Shown one piece after another: positions 14,283 through 28,000 of a DNA stretch of 64,000 nucleotides (positions are counted from its first letter, which is position 1; each line of letters begins with the position of its first letter). A program made the translations under genes and the position numbers. Below the pieces are notes generated by a model, which was not told the origin of the DNA, made no database searches, and saw nothing but the letters and a program-made list of their open reading frames with translations. Source of the stretch: Octopus vulgaris (taxonomy: Eukaryota); contig OX597818.1 of assembly GCA_951406725.2 (NCBI GenBank), positions 105,834,001 to 105,898,000 on the forward strand, in the 5' to 3' direction.

Positions 14283-14323
14283 ATGAAGATATTTGAAGAA
14301 AACACAGTGCTTACAGCACCCAG
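14283..14323 (+). CDS. SUN1: SUN probable start exon (MKIFEENTVLTAPR)
   Basis: ATG, open frame, CAG|GTAAC donor in phase 2 matching exon 26076. Puts the YTY motif 19 aa from the N-terminus, similar to vertebrate SUN1 as recalled. Confidence 0.5.
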
Positions 14324-17300
14324 GTAACATTTTCACACTATTGGATGCTATTTTCCTGCACATTTCAGTTGTTTTTTAAACCTTTTCCCCTTCACTTATA
14401 CTTCCTTGGTTTCTGCCTTTTATTCTTATAGTATCTCTGTCTTGCTGGCTAAAAAAAAAAAAGTACATAATAATAATAGCTATAAAAGTTGATTGGATGA
14501 AAGGTTACTAAAAGATTAAATTAACCCTAATATCTTTCTGTAGATTCATATAGTTCTACCAGAAATAGTTTCACAGGTTTTTTCCACTCCCTCCCTCCTG
14601 TGTTTAAGTTCACACATGAACAGGCATTTCTAGTATACTATATGTATGTATGTATGTATTGAGATATTTTATAGCTGCATTTGCTTTTCACATTAATTTG
14701 GGGCGTGAGCCTTACTAATCTACTCCCAAGTCATTATTTAGTACATATTTTTGTATCAAGAGGGGAATTTCCTTTACTTTTTGATCATTTCCCTGATCAT
14801 TTATGTCAGCACTTCATCCAGAAATCGTTCTTATTTGCTTTCCATTTCTTTCCTCATATATAATTTCAAAGAATTGATTCCTCATGCAATAACTTTTATC
14901 CTATTATCAACAGTTCATTTATACAAATTTTAATTTTCTCCAGCTCTTGCTTATGTGTGCTATTAGTGAAAGCTTGATGAATTAAGCAATCAAGAATGTT
15001 AAGTGTTGCCAAGGATACAATGCCACAACGAAAGCAGGATATGAACTGTTGATCTTTGAATTTGTAGGCCATGACCCTCTCAACTCTGCTAGTTAATAAG
15101 ATTCTATTAAAGAAGAAACAAGCAACTTCCATATGCAATGCCACTGCATGGCACTTTGGTCATGTGTCTTTTATTATAGCCTTGTCAATGGAATTTGGTA
15201 GACAGAAAGAGTGCAGAAGCCTGTTATATATATTTTGGCAGAATATATTTATATGTATTTGAATGAAAATCTATTGTGATATTTGTTTTACACAAGTTTT
15301 ACAATCTCTTATCAGTTTTGCCATCAGAAATGCAGTGAGTCTTTGATGTTGGAAACTTGTAGTCAACTGAATTATTGTTCAAAAAATGTTAAAATTAAAA
15401 AAAAATAAATCTCTAGTGTAATTATGAAATATAATATTCAATGAATTTCTCATTTGAGTGTTCAGGTTTAAGATAAAAATTTTAAACTCCCTTTGAACTA
15501 GTATTCTTGTAATGATTTGTCTATAGATAGTTGTCATTAAACCACTGGACAGAGGGAAATTTAAGATTTAAAACAGGAACCGTATACTAATTGATCAATT
15601 TCTCTTTGTGCTCTCTTGATATATACAGAATATTAAACCTTTGAATGACTTTCCAAATACCTTGTATAAGGAATGCTCAACCCACTGGTTTTATATGTTT
15701 TTGTTGTTTTTCATTTTTATTTGCCAACTAAAGTGACCTGTGATGTGTGCAGGAAAAGAAAAATTATGATTAACAGGTGTTTCAGTATTCATTTCACTAC
15801 TTATTCTGAGTTGAAGGCTTTTCAGTTTTTAAGTTTCAAGATTGAATTACACTAACAAGAACTTTGATACAAAGTCAATATATTTTATGTTCTTGTTTTC
15901 ATTGCGTCAAACTTAAAGTGACTCTTTTTAAATCTATCCCATGCTTTTTGCTATTTGATCTAATGTTAACTAATGAAAGAATACCATCTTTAAGCTAACA
16001 GTGCTTTCCAAAAGCTACTTGAAAAATACTAATGTTTAAAAATTATCCTAACAATGTATTGTCTGAAGTAAGATGGGGAAAAGGCTGAAAGGATACAGCT
16101 CTAAAGTAAATGCTGTTTACCAAATTTTAGTTTCATCAATCTCAGGTCAGGTTCAATTTAGCTTTTCATCCATCCACTGCTCAACAAATATACTGACTTT
16201 AGTACAATGATTTAATCTCTGTTGTCAAAACATTGCTTTTTATTGCCGGTTAAAAGAAACCATAATTATTGTATTAGGTGTTGTAGTACAGTGGTGTAGT
16301 TCTTAGAAAAAAGACATTTAAAAAAAAAAAAGCATTTGTTTTCATTTTTTCACTTGCATGATTAAAGAAAATCAATAAATATCAACTGCCCATTTACTGT
16401 CTGGTGCGAGTCATTTTGCCTAGATGAACAGCTTAAGTAGTAGAGCACCAGACAAAATACCTTGCCTTAATTATTTACACCCCTTAATGCTCTGAATCAG
16501 AAATGACTTTGCTTTCAACATTCTAGTTAATAGAATAGAATTGTCCCTGTCAAGTATTGGGGGTTGACTATGGCCATGTACCATTGTTAGAAATTATTTT
16601 TGTTGTTATTATCATCATACTGTCCCATTTGATTGGAGGCTTTATTCTAATTAGTATTGTATGTTACTGTTGAGGTTAACTTGGCCATTTATTTAGGTGT
16701 AGTCTAACAATATTTCACATAGTGAGTGGAACATAACTTTTAATCAATTGAAACTGTTGTTGTAAATGAGAAAAGTCATTAAAGTTAATGAAAATTTATA
16801 TCAAAAGGGACAAGGGAAAGTACATCAGAATTTCAGTTAAATATTAAAACCAAAAATTACATAGGTATACAGTGTGGACAGTGAGCTCAATGACCTTGAT
16901 CTTTGGTACTATGATAATACCTCTGGACTTGTTTTTCCTTTCTTCCAGAAAATAAGAAAATGACTCTCCCCAGACGCAATAAAATAAGGCCAAATCCTGC
17001 AAAATATAAACAAAAACAATTTCAACTGCCCATTTATATTTTCCCTCTCAATTTTGTTTATTTACGCCCTTCCCTTGTTACTTAAGTACATCACAACTTT
17101 GACTTCATTTGAAAAGTTCAAAAGTTGTGGGTTGGTGTAGGATGTTGTATTGCTGCTTAAGATGGTAGTTTGGGTCAGCAGGAAGTCTATTTTTGGTGGT
17201 GGAAGAAAGTAGCCACAGTAAAACTTCTTCATTTAAATAAACTCCTTTTCCCTCAGAGAAAATTTATTACTATAAGAAATGTATCATCTAAGATGTTTGA

Positions 17301-17684
17301 TTCCAAAAATGTTCTTTAATCAATATAAACAACCTTCATGGTAGGTAATGGTAGCAGCTAAAATAGTTTTCACCTTTTTTTTTTCCTTTTTTTAATAGGT
17401 TTTAAAAGTTACATTCGAAAAGATATTTCTCCTATTTTCTTATATTGTTTTCAACTAACTGAGTAAGAAAATTTAATATTACTGTTTTCTTTAATTTTAT
17501 CATTATCTCTAAGATGGGTGAACTGGCTGAACTGTCAGCACACCAAGCACAATGAGTTCAAATTCCACTAAGGTTGACTTTGCCTTTCATTCTTTTAGAG
17601 TGGATAACATAAGTACCACTGGGGGGTAATGTAATCGACTTACCTCACTCCTGATAGTGCTGGTCTTGTGCCAAAATTTGGAAC

Positions 17685-17723
<39 letters not shown>

Positions 17724-20700
17724 CGCTATTTGTGATGTTGCTTGTTATATTATTTCGAGTTTGTTTATCTTTTGTTCTTTTTATTCATTTTTTTGTCTTT
17801 TTGCCAATTTTTTTTATGATTTATATATTTTTTTCCTTGCATATTTTTATCTAGGAAATAATTGTGTCACTAATTAGCAGATATGCAATTCTCACAACCG
17901 CACATATGTACTGAATTTATATGTATATAAACACATACTATGTTATATATATTAAACAAGTTATGCTGTAAATTACAAGTTCACATACTTAGAACCTTGC
18001 AGATCCCATATTACAGAAGCATTGTTTTCATGAAAATTGTGTGTTTATGTGTTTGTAATGCAAAATATACTCTCCCTTTAACTTCCCTATCAAAGGTGTT
18101 ACAGGACTTTAGTAATAACCAGATTAAATTGTATCAAGTTTCTAATATTGCAACTTCATTCTACTGTTTTTCTTCATTCTATTAAGGTCATGTTTTAATG
18201 TACACCTTAATGTTCTATTTTGCTTTTTATTAGCACAGTGGATTGGCAAACTCAGAGCTTTGGGATAAAATGCCTTGTGATATTTGTTCTGGCTCTTTAT
18301 ATTTTGAGTTCAAATCCTGACAGGGTCAACTTTGCTTTTCATTCCTCCAGGGTTGATATAATAAAATGCTAACCAAGTACTGGAGTCAAAATTGACTAGC
18401 TTCTCTCCTCAGAATTGCTGGCCTTAGGCTGAAATTAGAAACTAATATTATTTAGGTATTGTTGTAGCAGAGATGTTCAACTACTTGGGCTAAATGTTTA
18501 CAATATTTAGTTATGTCCCTTAATGTTTTCATGTTCAAGCCATACTTTTCATTATCTATATGATATCCATCAGTGAAGTGCTGAAGACAAGTGAATCAAC
18601 TGTATTGTTCTTTTACAATTTATGGTGTAACGCTTATGTTAACAATGATTGTTGTTGTTGTTTAGCATTGGTCAGTCCTGATTCATACGACCTATTGTCA
18701 CCATGACCACCTCATCTGTGTCTTCGACAATGCCTTATCTGGAATGACACAACACTATGCAATGTTTTGTCCCTTTCCAAGATGCCAGAGTATGATTTGA
18801 AGAACATGCCAGTTCACCCTCCAGTTTATTGAATCTATTATTTTACTGAACCTGGAGGAATGAAATGTGAGTTGACCCATCCAGTTCACTTCAGTGGTAT
18901 TTGATTTAAAAAAGAAAAGTATTAAAAAAAAACATTGGTTAACATTGTGGATCAATGTCAACTCATGACAAAAACAGTGGTTTAGGAGCTAGCTGTGCTG
19001 TTCAGGAAATTTACTCCACAACCATGTGATTCTAGGTTCAGTCCCATGTGTTATGTTATTCAAGTTTATTCTTCCATTACCTCACATTGACCAATACTTT
19101 GTGGATGTAATTTGATAGATGGAAACTGTGCAGAAGCCTGTACTATATATTTATGTGTGTGTGTGTGTATCTTGTACTTGTATGGGTTAGACAGTTTATT
19201 AGGGTAGCTTTTCTATGCCCAGATGTTCTTCCTGTCACCAACTCTTACCTGTTTCTACACAAAGTAATATTTCTCTACAGTCAGATAGGTTTTTGCAAAA
19301 TATTAGAAATGAATGATATTCATTTACAACAACCACATGACGTCAAGACAAGGAGAAAGAAATATACGTACACATACAAACACAAGGACTTCAAGTTTCC
19401 ATCTACCAAATACACTCACAAAGCTCCAGAGGTTTAGTTAAATATCCAACCCTTTTTTCATCAAGCTATTGTTTGGAAGATAACAATTGATTCTTAGATA
19501 AAACTGTAATTACATTTTAATTTTAATATGAACACCATAGAAAGGACTATTTTGTACCAAAGAACCGGGAGGTGGCTTCAAATGGGTTTGTACCAAAAGA
19601 GTTAATCTACATTTCTATTTTTAAAACCCTCTTGATCTACATATTTTCAATGGCTTTTAATAATAATGAAAAAGAAAGGAAAAATCATGTTTTGTATCAC
19701 AGTTTCTACATAGACATACACTTTCAAATACATGCAAACAGACACATCTGCACAAAATTATAAATTCCTACTTAACAAGATTGTTTCCTTTCAAAGATCT
19801 ACTTCATTCTGAGTATTTCAGTATAAGCTGGTGGAAGCTGTGTCAGTTGTGTCATTGTAATATGAACTTCAAAATTTTGTGCTTTCTATAAATGAAAGTT
19901 GAATCATTGCAGATGGGAACCACCCATAGACAATTGTCACGTTTTTACTGTTTTATGTTATTTTTAGGTTTGTGTATTTGTTTTCAAATTCAGTTAGGCT
20001 ACTATTATTAACTGATAGGTTTATGGAAATCTTAAATTGACTAAAATATTAGAGATTTTCATTATAACATACCAATTTAGTTCATTATTTACTAGCTAAC
20101 ACGGGAGCTCTTATGTGGTCACTTCATCTGCTAGAAATAGCTGCCAAATCTCCCTTAAATCACATCCTTGCCATGTGACACATGAAAGATGGATACATTG
20201 AATAGTGTAGTCCTTTATGCAGTGGGCCTTGGAAAAAGTCAGGAATGTCATGGCTGGAATACCTTTGGTGATGTCTTCTTGATCAGGACCAATCTGAAGC
20301 CAAACAACTTCGTTATTTGTTTTTATAACACAAATTTTACAGGTTAATATTTTACTAATAGTTTAGTGTGATGACTATGGTTTACTGTTTTCATTGGTTA
20401 TCATTGCCAACTGTTTTGTTGAGGGCATGCAGAGTGGCATGAAGTATACATCATGCACTCACTTTCACTGACCTAGTCCACCTAGCGATGAAAGGATATG
20501 CGATAGTGCGAGTGCCTGCTATGTGCAACAGGAACCATTTATAATTCAGGAGTTGTTCCTTAGCTTATAATATTGAGTTCAAGACCCCTAAGTGCCTAGC
20601 AAAGAGGTTTGAAAAACATTTATTTTCTTTTGAAATTTTCAAGACTATTTAATCTACAGGATCATCTGCAAATTCAAGATCTAATTATATAATCTCTACA

Positions 20701-22372
20701 TTTTAATATACATATATTTTGAGGCAACACTTTTAACTGCATCCACCACTACCAATCCTTATTATGATCATCATTGTGTATTTTCTAAAATTCAATATAT
20801 TCCTGTCATCCCATTTATCATGCTTAACTTTTTGAGAATGCCCTGGCACTTACCACCATCTATATCTCTCTCTTCCTTTACTCAACCATCTCATTTATAT
20901 TATGATTCCTGTTCCTTATGAGTATGCCCAGCATTTTCCCACCATCTCTATCCTGCTGCTGTCTCCCACCCTCTCTCCTTCTCCTACACTCCCCTCAGGT
21001 TGGGCAACCATGTATTTTCTTTGCGGTAGCACACCTGTTTCTATCTGCTTTCTGGATCTTTCTCTCTCCAGCAGGGTAACCTTGTACTTCCTCTACAGCA
21101 AGACACCTGTATCTGTTTCATTATAACTTTTTCATTATCACCTCCCCCATTGCCTCCTCTTAAAAGTTCTTTTTTTTTATATGCCTTGCAAGTACATTGT
21201 GACCCTGTCAGTGCAGGCGCCACGTAAAAACACCCAGTCCACACTGTAATGTGGTTGGTGTTTGGAAGGGCATCCAGCTGTAAAAAACCTTGCCAAAACT
21301 GACCTCACTTGTGCTTGTGCCACATAAAAAGCACTAAGTGGTTGGTGTTGGGGAGAGTATCCAGCTGTAAAAATCCTTCCACTACAGTCACAGAAGTCTG
21401 GTGCCGGCTTCAGCCTGACTGGCTCTTGTGGTACCATCCCACCTATGCTAGCATGGAAGACGGATGTTATATGACGATGATGATGAACTTTTGGGGAATA
21501 GTGTCTATGAAAGAGAAGAGAGAGAGAGATTTTACTGATAAGAACCTGATAGTAAATCTTGTAATGTCTTTGTTTGTATCTTTGGAGCAAGATACTTTGT
21601 ATGAACATGTTTCTATTTTAGTGAAGGCACATGACAAAGTGGTCTGGGTATTCAGCTCATTATCATATGGTCAGGAGTTCAATTCCTGTTGGCATGTGGT
21701 GTCCTTGAGCAAGACACTTCATTTCAAGTTGCTCCAGTCCACTCAGCTGACAAAAATGAATAGTACTTGTATTTCAAAGGGCAAGCTATGTCACATTCTG
21801 TGTCACACTGAATCTCCCTGGGAACTTAACATTATGGGTATGTATGTTTGTGGAGTGCTCAGCCACTTGCTTGTTAATTCCACAAGCAAGCTGTTCCGTT
21901 GATCTGAACAACTAGAACCCTTATCACCCAAACTGACAGTGCCAGTGGTTTTTATTTGAATAGCTGTCATGATAACAAATGTTGATATATATATATATCG
22001 TCTGGCACCTGTGTCGGTGGCACATAAGAAAACACCATCCGAGCGTGGCCGTCTGCCAGCCTCGTTTGGCACCTGTGTCGGTGGCACATAAAAACACCAT
22101 CCGAGCGTGGCCATCTTCCAGCCTCCTCTGGCACCTGTGTCGGTGGCACATAAAATCACCCACTACACTCTCGGAGTGGTTGGCGTTAGGAAGGGCATCC
22201 AGCTGTAGAAACACTGCCAGATCTGACTGGCCTGGTGCAGCCTTCGAGCTTGCCAGACCCCAGTTGAACCGTCCAACCCATGCTAGCATGGAAAGCAGAC
22301 GTTAAACGATGATGATGATGATATATATATAAATATATATATCAACATTGCCTTCGAAAGGTGGAGTAGTTG

Positions 22373-22410
<38 letters not shown>

Positions 22411-24973
22411 ACATTGCCTTCGAAAGGTGGAGTAGTTGAAATAGGGACAACTGAAGAAGGAGAATATTCTTTATGTTGTATGTCTCATTTTTCTGTTTGT
22501 TTATTTTTCCTTGTTCAAAAAAAAAGTTCATTTCTATGTTTTCGTTTCTCTTGTGTTCAACGTTTTTTTGATGTCCTGTACCCATATATGCATGTATATA
22601 TACATATATATGTATATGTACATATATGTATGTATATATGCATATATTTATATATTATTTATATTGTTATATATATATATAACAATATAAATAATATATA
22701 TATATAAACAATACATATATATTTTTTTTCATGTGGTGTTGTTCTTTAGCTCCACATCAGTTCTGATCTAGCAGGCCTATTATCAAAGACATTCCAACTA
22801 TGACCATCTTGTCTTTTAGTTAGTACACCTTGGACTGCTTTGAATATAGCTTTCATTTCTAGAGTGCAATTTAAAGATTTGGTCTCTTATTTCCTGCAGG
22901 TTGAGCAACCATTTAGGTCCTCTTCATTGGCTCTGTGTGTGGGTGTGTATGTATACACGTAAATGCATACATATATTAAATGAAATCATGGGACTGAAAT
23001 ACAAACATTGACTTGTTATACAAGTTAGTTGAATTTTTCCTCTTACTAAAGGTAGCTCAACAGACTTGACAAGTAGGGCAAGTTTGTGCAAATTTTGGTA
23101 TTGTGATGGTCAGGCTTGGCTGCTTTGAGTGCTAAAGGACTGAATTAAGTTTTGAACTAGTTTTTAATTACTCTTTTACTTGTTTCAGTCACTTGACTGC
23201 GGCCATGCTGGAGCAGCGCCTTTAGTCGAGCAAATCGACCCCTAATACTTATTCTATCGGTCAATTTTGCCAAACTGCTAAGTTACGGAGGCGCAAACAC
23301 ACCACCATCGGTTGTCAAGTGATGTTGGGGGGACATACACACACACACACACATACATATATATGACGGGCTTCTTTCAATTTCTGTCTATCAAATCCAC
23401 TCACAAGACTTTGGTTAGCCTGAGAAAACACTTGCCCAATGTGCCACACAGTGGGAATGAACTCGGAACCGTGTGGTTGGTAAGCAAGCTACTTACCACA
23501 CAGCCACTCCTGTGCCTATTATAACATTTTGTTAAAAATCACTTTTTTCTCACATCTTAATATATATGATAGATAAAATTTAGATTTTTTCTCTTTGTTT
23601 GTTTACTGAAATAAATTGCTTCTATTTATTTTGTAACCTCCAGTTTGTTGAAGAGCAAAGTCAACCTCAGCAAAATAGCATCTCAATGAAAAGAATTTTT
23701 TAAAATGGCATTTAATATCATTTTATGTGATATGTGAATTTAAACAGTTTATAATATTTTTTACGTAATTATTTATAAACATATGTTAAAAATTAGAGCA
23801 CCTAATTTACTGGTCCCCCCCATTCACAAATTTTTTTTTTTTTGTGTAGATTTGATATTGTTGACATTTTTTTCCCCATTTCTGTTTACATACCTATCAA
23901 TCTTCTTTCACCCTGCTGATTGTTCTCTCTATCTCTAACATGATCAAGTGGTATATCACAATGAATTCAATAAATCAGTGTTTCTGTTTTAGCTTGAAGC
24001 TTTCCACATGCCTCCCCCCACACACACATACACACACTTTGAATAATGACTTAATTATTTGTAAATTTGTTTTCATTTTCCCTTTGTTGTTGTAGTTTTA
24101 AGAATATTTATTGCATGCAGTGTGTCTGTGTATGATTTTGTAGAAGAGAAATGTATATTTCCTAGTATTGCATCAAATAATAAAATATATTCTTATATTG
24201 AAACTTGTAAAGATTAAATAAATATAATATTCTGCTGAAACATATTGAGCGGTCCTACACAAAAAGAAGTGTTGAACTAGAATGGGAAAATGGTCAAGCA
24301 GATAAGATATTGGTTTGCTGCCTCATAAGTCAAAAGTTCAAATGCTGCTAACTTGTTGCATTTATGGAGAGACAGTATATTAAATTTTACATAGTATCAA
24401 TTAATTTTCTTCAGCTATAAAGGAATAAGTATGAGGTCATTTGGTGTGGTTAACATCTTATCCAGAGGGAAATTCATCTTTTATCTGTTAAATATCATGG
24501 AAAGTGGAGTGCAGTACAAACCTTACTACAGGCCCTTCTGATTTTGGAAACAATAATATGAAAAAGAGCACATGTTTGTTAGACAAAAAATTCACTGAAG
24601 AAGTGATTTCTCCACTTTGCTCTGAACTGAAGATGTGCTGAGCAGATTTTTGTCTCAAATGAAATTAAGAACTGTTATTTACAAATTTACCTTAATCCTA
24701 ATAATTAGCTAATCATAGACTATTGAGTTCCAAGAGTTGGTTTCTGGTTATGCTGAACTCTTGATTAGTAAGTCAAAGGAAAGAAGATGCCTCTCTGGGT
24801 TTTAATATTTATATGTATCTGAGCATGTATCTGTCTGTGCTTCTACCTTGATGAATGACCAATGTCTCCTTGACCATTTTTCATTTAAACTAGCCAAATC
24901 TGTTCACCTTTAAGACACTAGTATAGATTTATAACTATTTTGGTAGTAAGAAACACATCTCAAATTTCTAAGT

Positions 24974-25005
<32 letters not shown>

Positions 25006-28000
25006 CATCCTATAAATAATGTGGGGGTTTTTTTAATAGATTTATTTTTCAAAGTTCTTTTTTAATCTAAAATATAACCTTCATTTTCTACTATGCTCTT
25101 CCATCTATCTGATAAATTTGCAAGGACCTCCTTCCAAAATTCACTTGTCTGTTATGATAAAATACTTCTCCAGTACTGTTCTGACCTTGTCTACAGAATT
25201 CATATTTTTTCCATCCAAATGATTTTGAAGACTGCAGAATAAATGATAATCAGATGGATGGACTATCATTTCCCATTCCCTGATGGAAGAACATCTTTCA
25301 TCTTGAAACTAAAGATGTTCATTTTTCTTCTAGCACTGACTTAAGCCACTCAAGCTGCTCGCAGTAGATCTCCTTTATCGTTTGGTTTGGGTTGGGTTTA
25401 AAAGTTCAAACTGGACTAAACATTTCATATCCCACCAAACAGATAACACCTTACATGGGTAAAGATGTTCTTTAGTCTGGGGTGCCAGTGTTTCTCCTTT
25501 CCCTACTCACTGTCTTTAGCACTTGACATTTTTATAGAGAACCCATTTCTCATTACCAGTCGCTATTCAGTCCAAAAAAGGTTCATTCGTGAGATGTGAC
25601 AGCAAAGAAGAGCACATATTCACTCTCTTGCACACGAATAGACTTGGAAAGTTTGTGAGGAACCTATTGACCCAAGTTTATGCAGGTAGTTTATCCCATC
25701 TCATGCAGTTGAAAAAACCATGTAGTTTATGGGATGACCCAATACACACACACACACACACACATGTCTAATAACCTTAAGGAATGCTAATGGATTGAGC
25801 TGAACTCTAGAATTGGAGTAGGAATGTGAGAAAGTGATAATTTAAAAACAAAAAAATGTAATTACTTTGAAGAAAGGAATCCTTTTCCTTTCTCACTGTA
25901 ACTATATTGATTTTTAACTATCAGGAAGTTCCTAAAGAATTGAGTGTTTTGTTAAAGATTGTTGTCAGCAATATATTTGAAAGGTTTTTTTTTTATTGTT
26001 TCATGAAATTATATACATGTAATATTTAATGTTGAATTAAAAACTATTTAAACTAGTAATTGAATTTATTTACAGGGAACCTAAAACTGATTACACTTAC
26101 TCTGAGAGGTAAGTTTTTTTCCTCTTTATTTTAAAGATGATTTGATCTTTAACATGTAATAAAATATTTTATTATGATTGTAAAACCATTTAAGTATCTA
26201 TTCAGAGACAGTTAAAGTGGCCCCTGTCATGAATTAATCACAATCATGGGTCATCTAAAAACACAGTAGAGATAAAGGTCTGTAGGGAATTCATGACATT
26301 CACGTTAGGAAGTGGCATAGGTGAATTCAAATATCTTGTCTCCAATGATGCAACAGTACTACACAAAGAATAAAATAGAATAAGTGTAATAAAAAGCAAG
26401 CACTGCTATGTTTAAAATGAACATCAATGTTGAATCCTTTACTTTGCCCTGTTGGATTCTGAAATATTTTCTTTATCATTCATGGTTATGTTAAGTGCAT
26501 TCTGTGTTATTTGGTCATTAAATATTCACATTGAGTTTCAAAAATTTTTGACAGCTGAATTGTTTCAGTGTTATAAAATTTACCCACCCACCCCTGCCTG
26601 GGGGTGGGGCAATAGTGCAGGGATGTGGAAGGAGAATGCAGTGGCTATACTGAGAAAGGTAGCAGAGAAAAAACAAAGTATTTAGAGAGGTGGATTGGTT
26701 AGGTAAATAAATAAATGGGGTGGGGAGAGAGAAATGTCCAGTTACCCAGAGAGGTAAACAGGCAATTCAGAAATCAGTCGGTGAAAAAGTGAAAGGCAAG
26801 AGAAGCAAGATGGACTGAAGTAAAAACTCTACAACAGTAATATAGTGAGTGAGTAAATGAAAGAGAGAGAGGAATTAATGTGCAATATCAAACTGTTGAT
26901 TCTGTGAAAAATATAGGGACCTATTATGTATTTAGGGAGAAGGGAAGCTGTGAGGAAATAAGTTAGCAAAAGTAATGAAAGAATGTAAGGAAGTCAGAAT
27001 ACAAGAGCAAGGAATTAGACAACTTTTCAACGAAGAAATTTTCAGTCAAAGAGAAATTGCTTTACTTATAATTGTAGAAAATATATGAAAATTATCGCAA
27101 ATTGTTAGTGCTTGATGGTGAATTGGGGAGAGCTGCTGCAAAATGACAAGAAACCAAGAAGAAATAGAAGCAGGGTCTTGGGTTAAAAGAATAACTGAAA
27201 CGAGACAAAATAAAGCAGAAGAAAATGAAGTAATGTTTGGAGTAACAAGAATTACTGGAGGAAGACCAATAAACCTCATCATTTTTTAGGGTACTAAACT
27301 AGTTTAGTCATCTATGTAAGTCTTATATATAAATATATATCAAACAGAATGTAATCATGATTTAATGTGTCTTCCTTGCTGGCATGGATTAGATGGTTCG
27401 ATAGGATCTGGTGAGTCATGCATCAGTGTCTACTTTGGAATTGTTTCTACAGCTGAATACTTTTCCTGACACCAGCCAATTCACCAGAGTGTACTGAGTG
27501 CTTTGTTTTTATGGCACCAGCACTATTGTGGTTACTGTGAAACTCACAAGACAAAAGAACCTCCTCAACCGAGTAGGAGTAATGTAGAAAGGGAGATAGC
27601 TTTCTATTGAGAAGTTAAAATATGAAAAAAGAATAAACTACTAGAATTCAACCCTTGCGACAGCTAGTGTTCATTCTAAAAGTACATGAATTTTACTTGC
27701 TTCAGTCTGTCTTACAAAACAGGGGCTCTATTTCCTATTCAGTCATAAATATTTAGCTGGCCATCAATATATTAAATCCAATACTTCAATATTCATATAT
27801 TAAGATTTGAAAATCTACTTCATCTACATTAACATTTAAATTAGTAAAAACAAAAATGATGAAAAGGAAGCATCTCTGTATCTATTATCATCGTTACCAA
27901 TTTCCTAAATGTGTTAGTTAAATTCTGTTTTCATGTGAATAATTGTTTTTTTTCTTTTTATTTCTTTTCAGTAAGAGTTATACTGTGAAATGTGATTCAA

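Noticed and set aside
16891-16899. TCAAGGTCA nuclear receptor (NR5A/ERR-type) site on the - strand
   Set aside because: A single 9-mer is expected by chance in 64 kb.
16949-17085. Acceptor followed by a short basic frame MTLPRRNKIRPNPAKYKQKQ
   Set aside because: Ends in a stop with no convincing in-phase donor; no homology recognised.
22001-22157. CRISPR-like repeat-spacer pattern
   Set aside because: The intervening sequences are near-identical, so this is a tandem repeat in eukaryotic DNA.
21177-22707. Cluster of overlapping 100-197 aa ORFs on both strands
   Set aside because: They run through SINE-like repeats, the ~60-bp tandem units and (TA)n tracts; no protein-like motifs.
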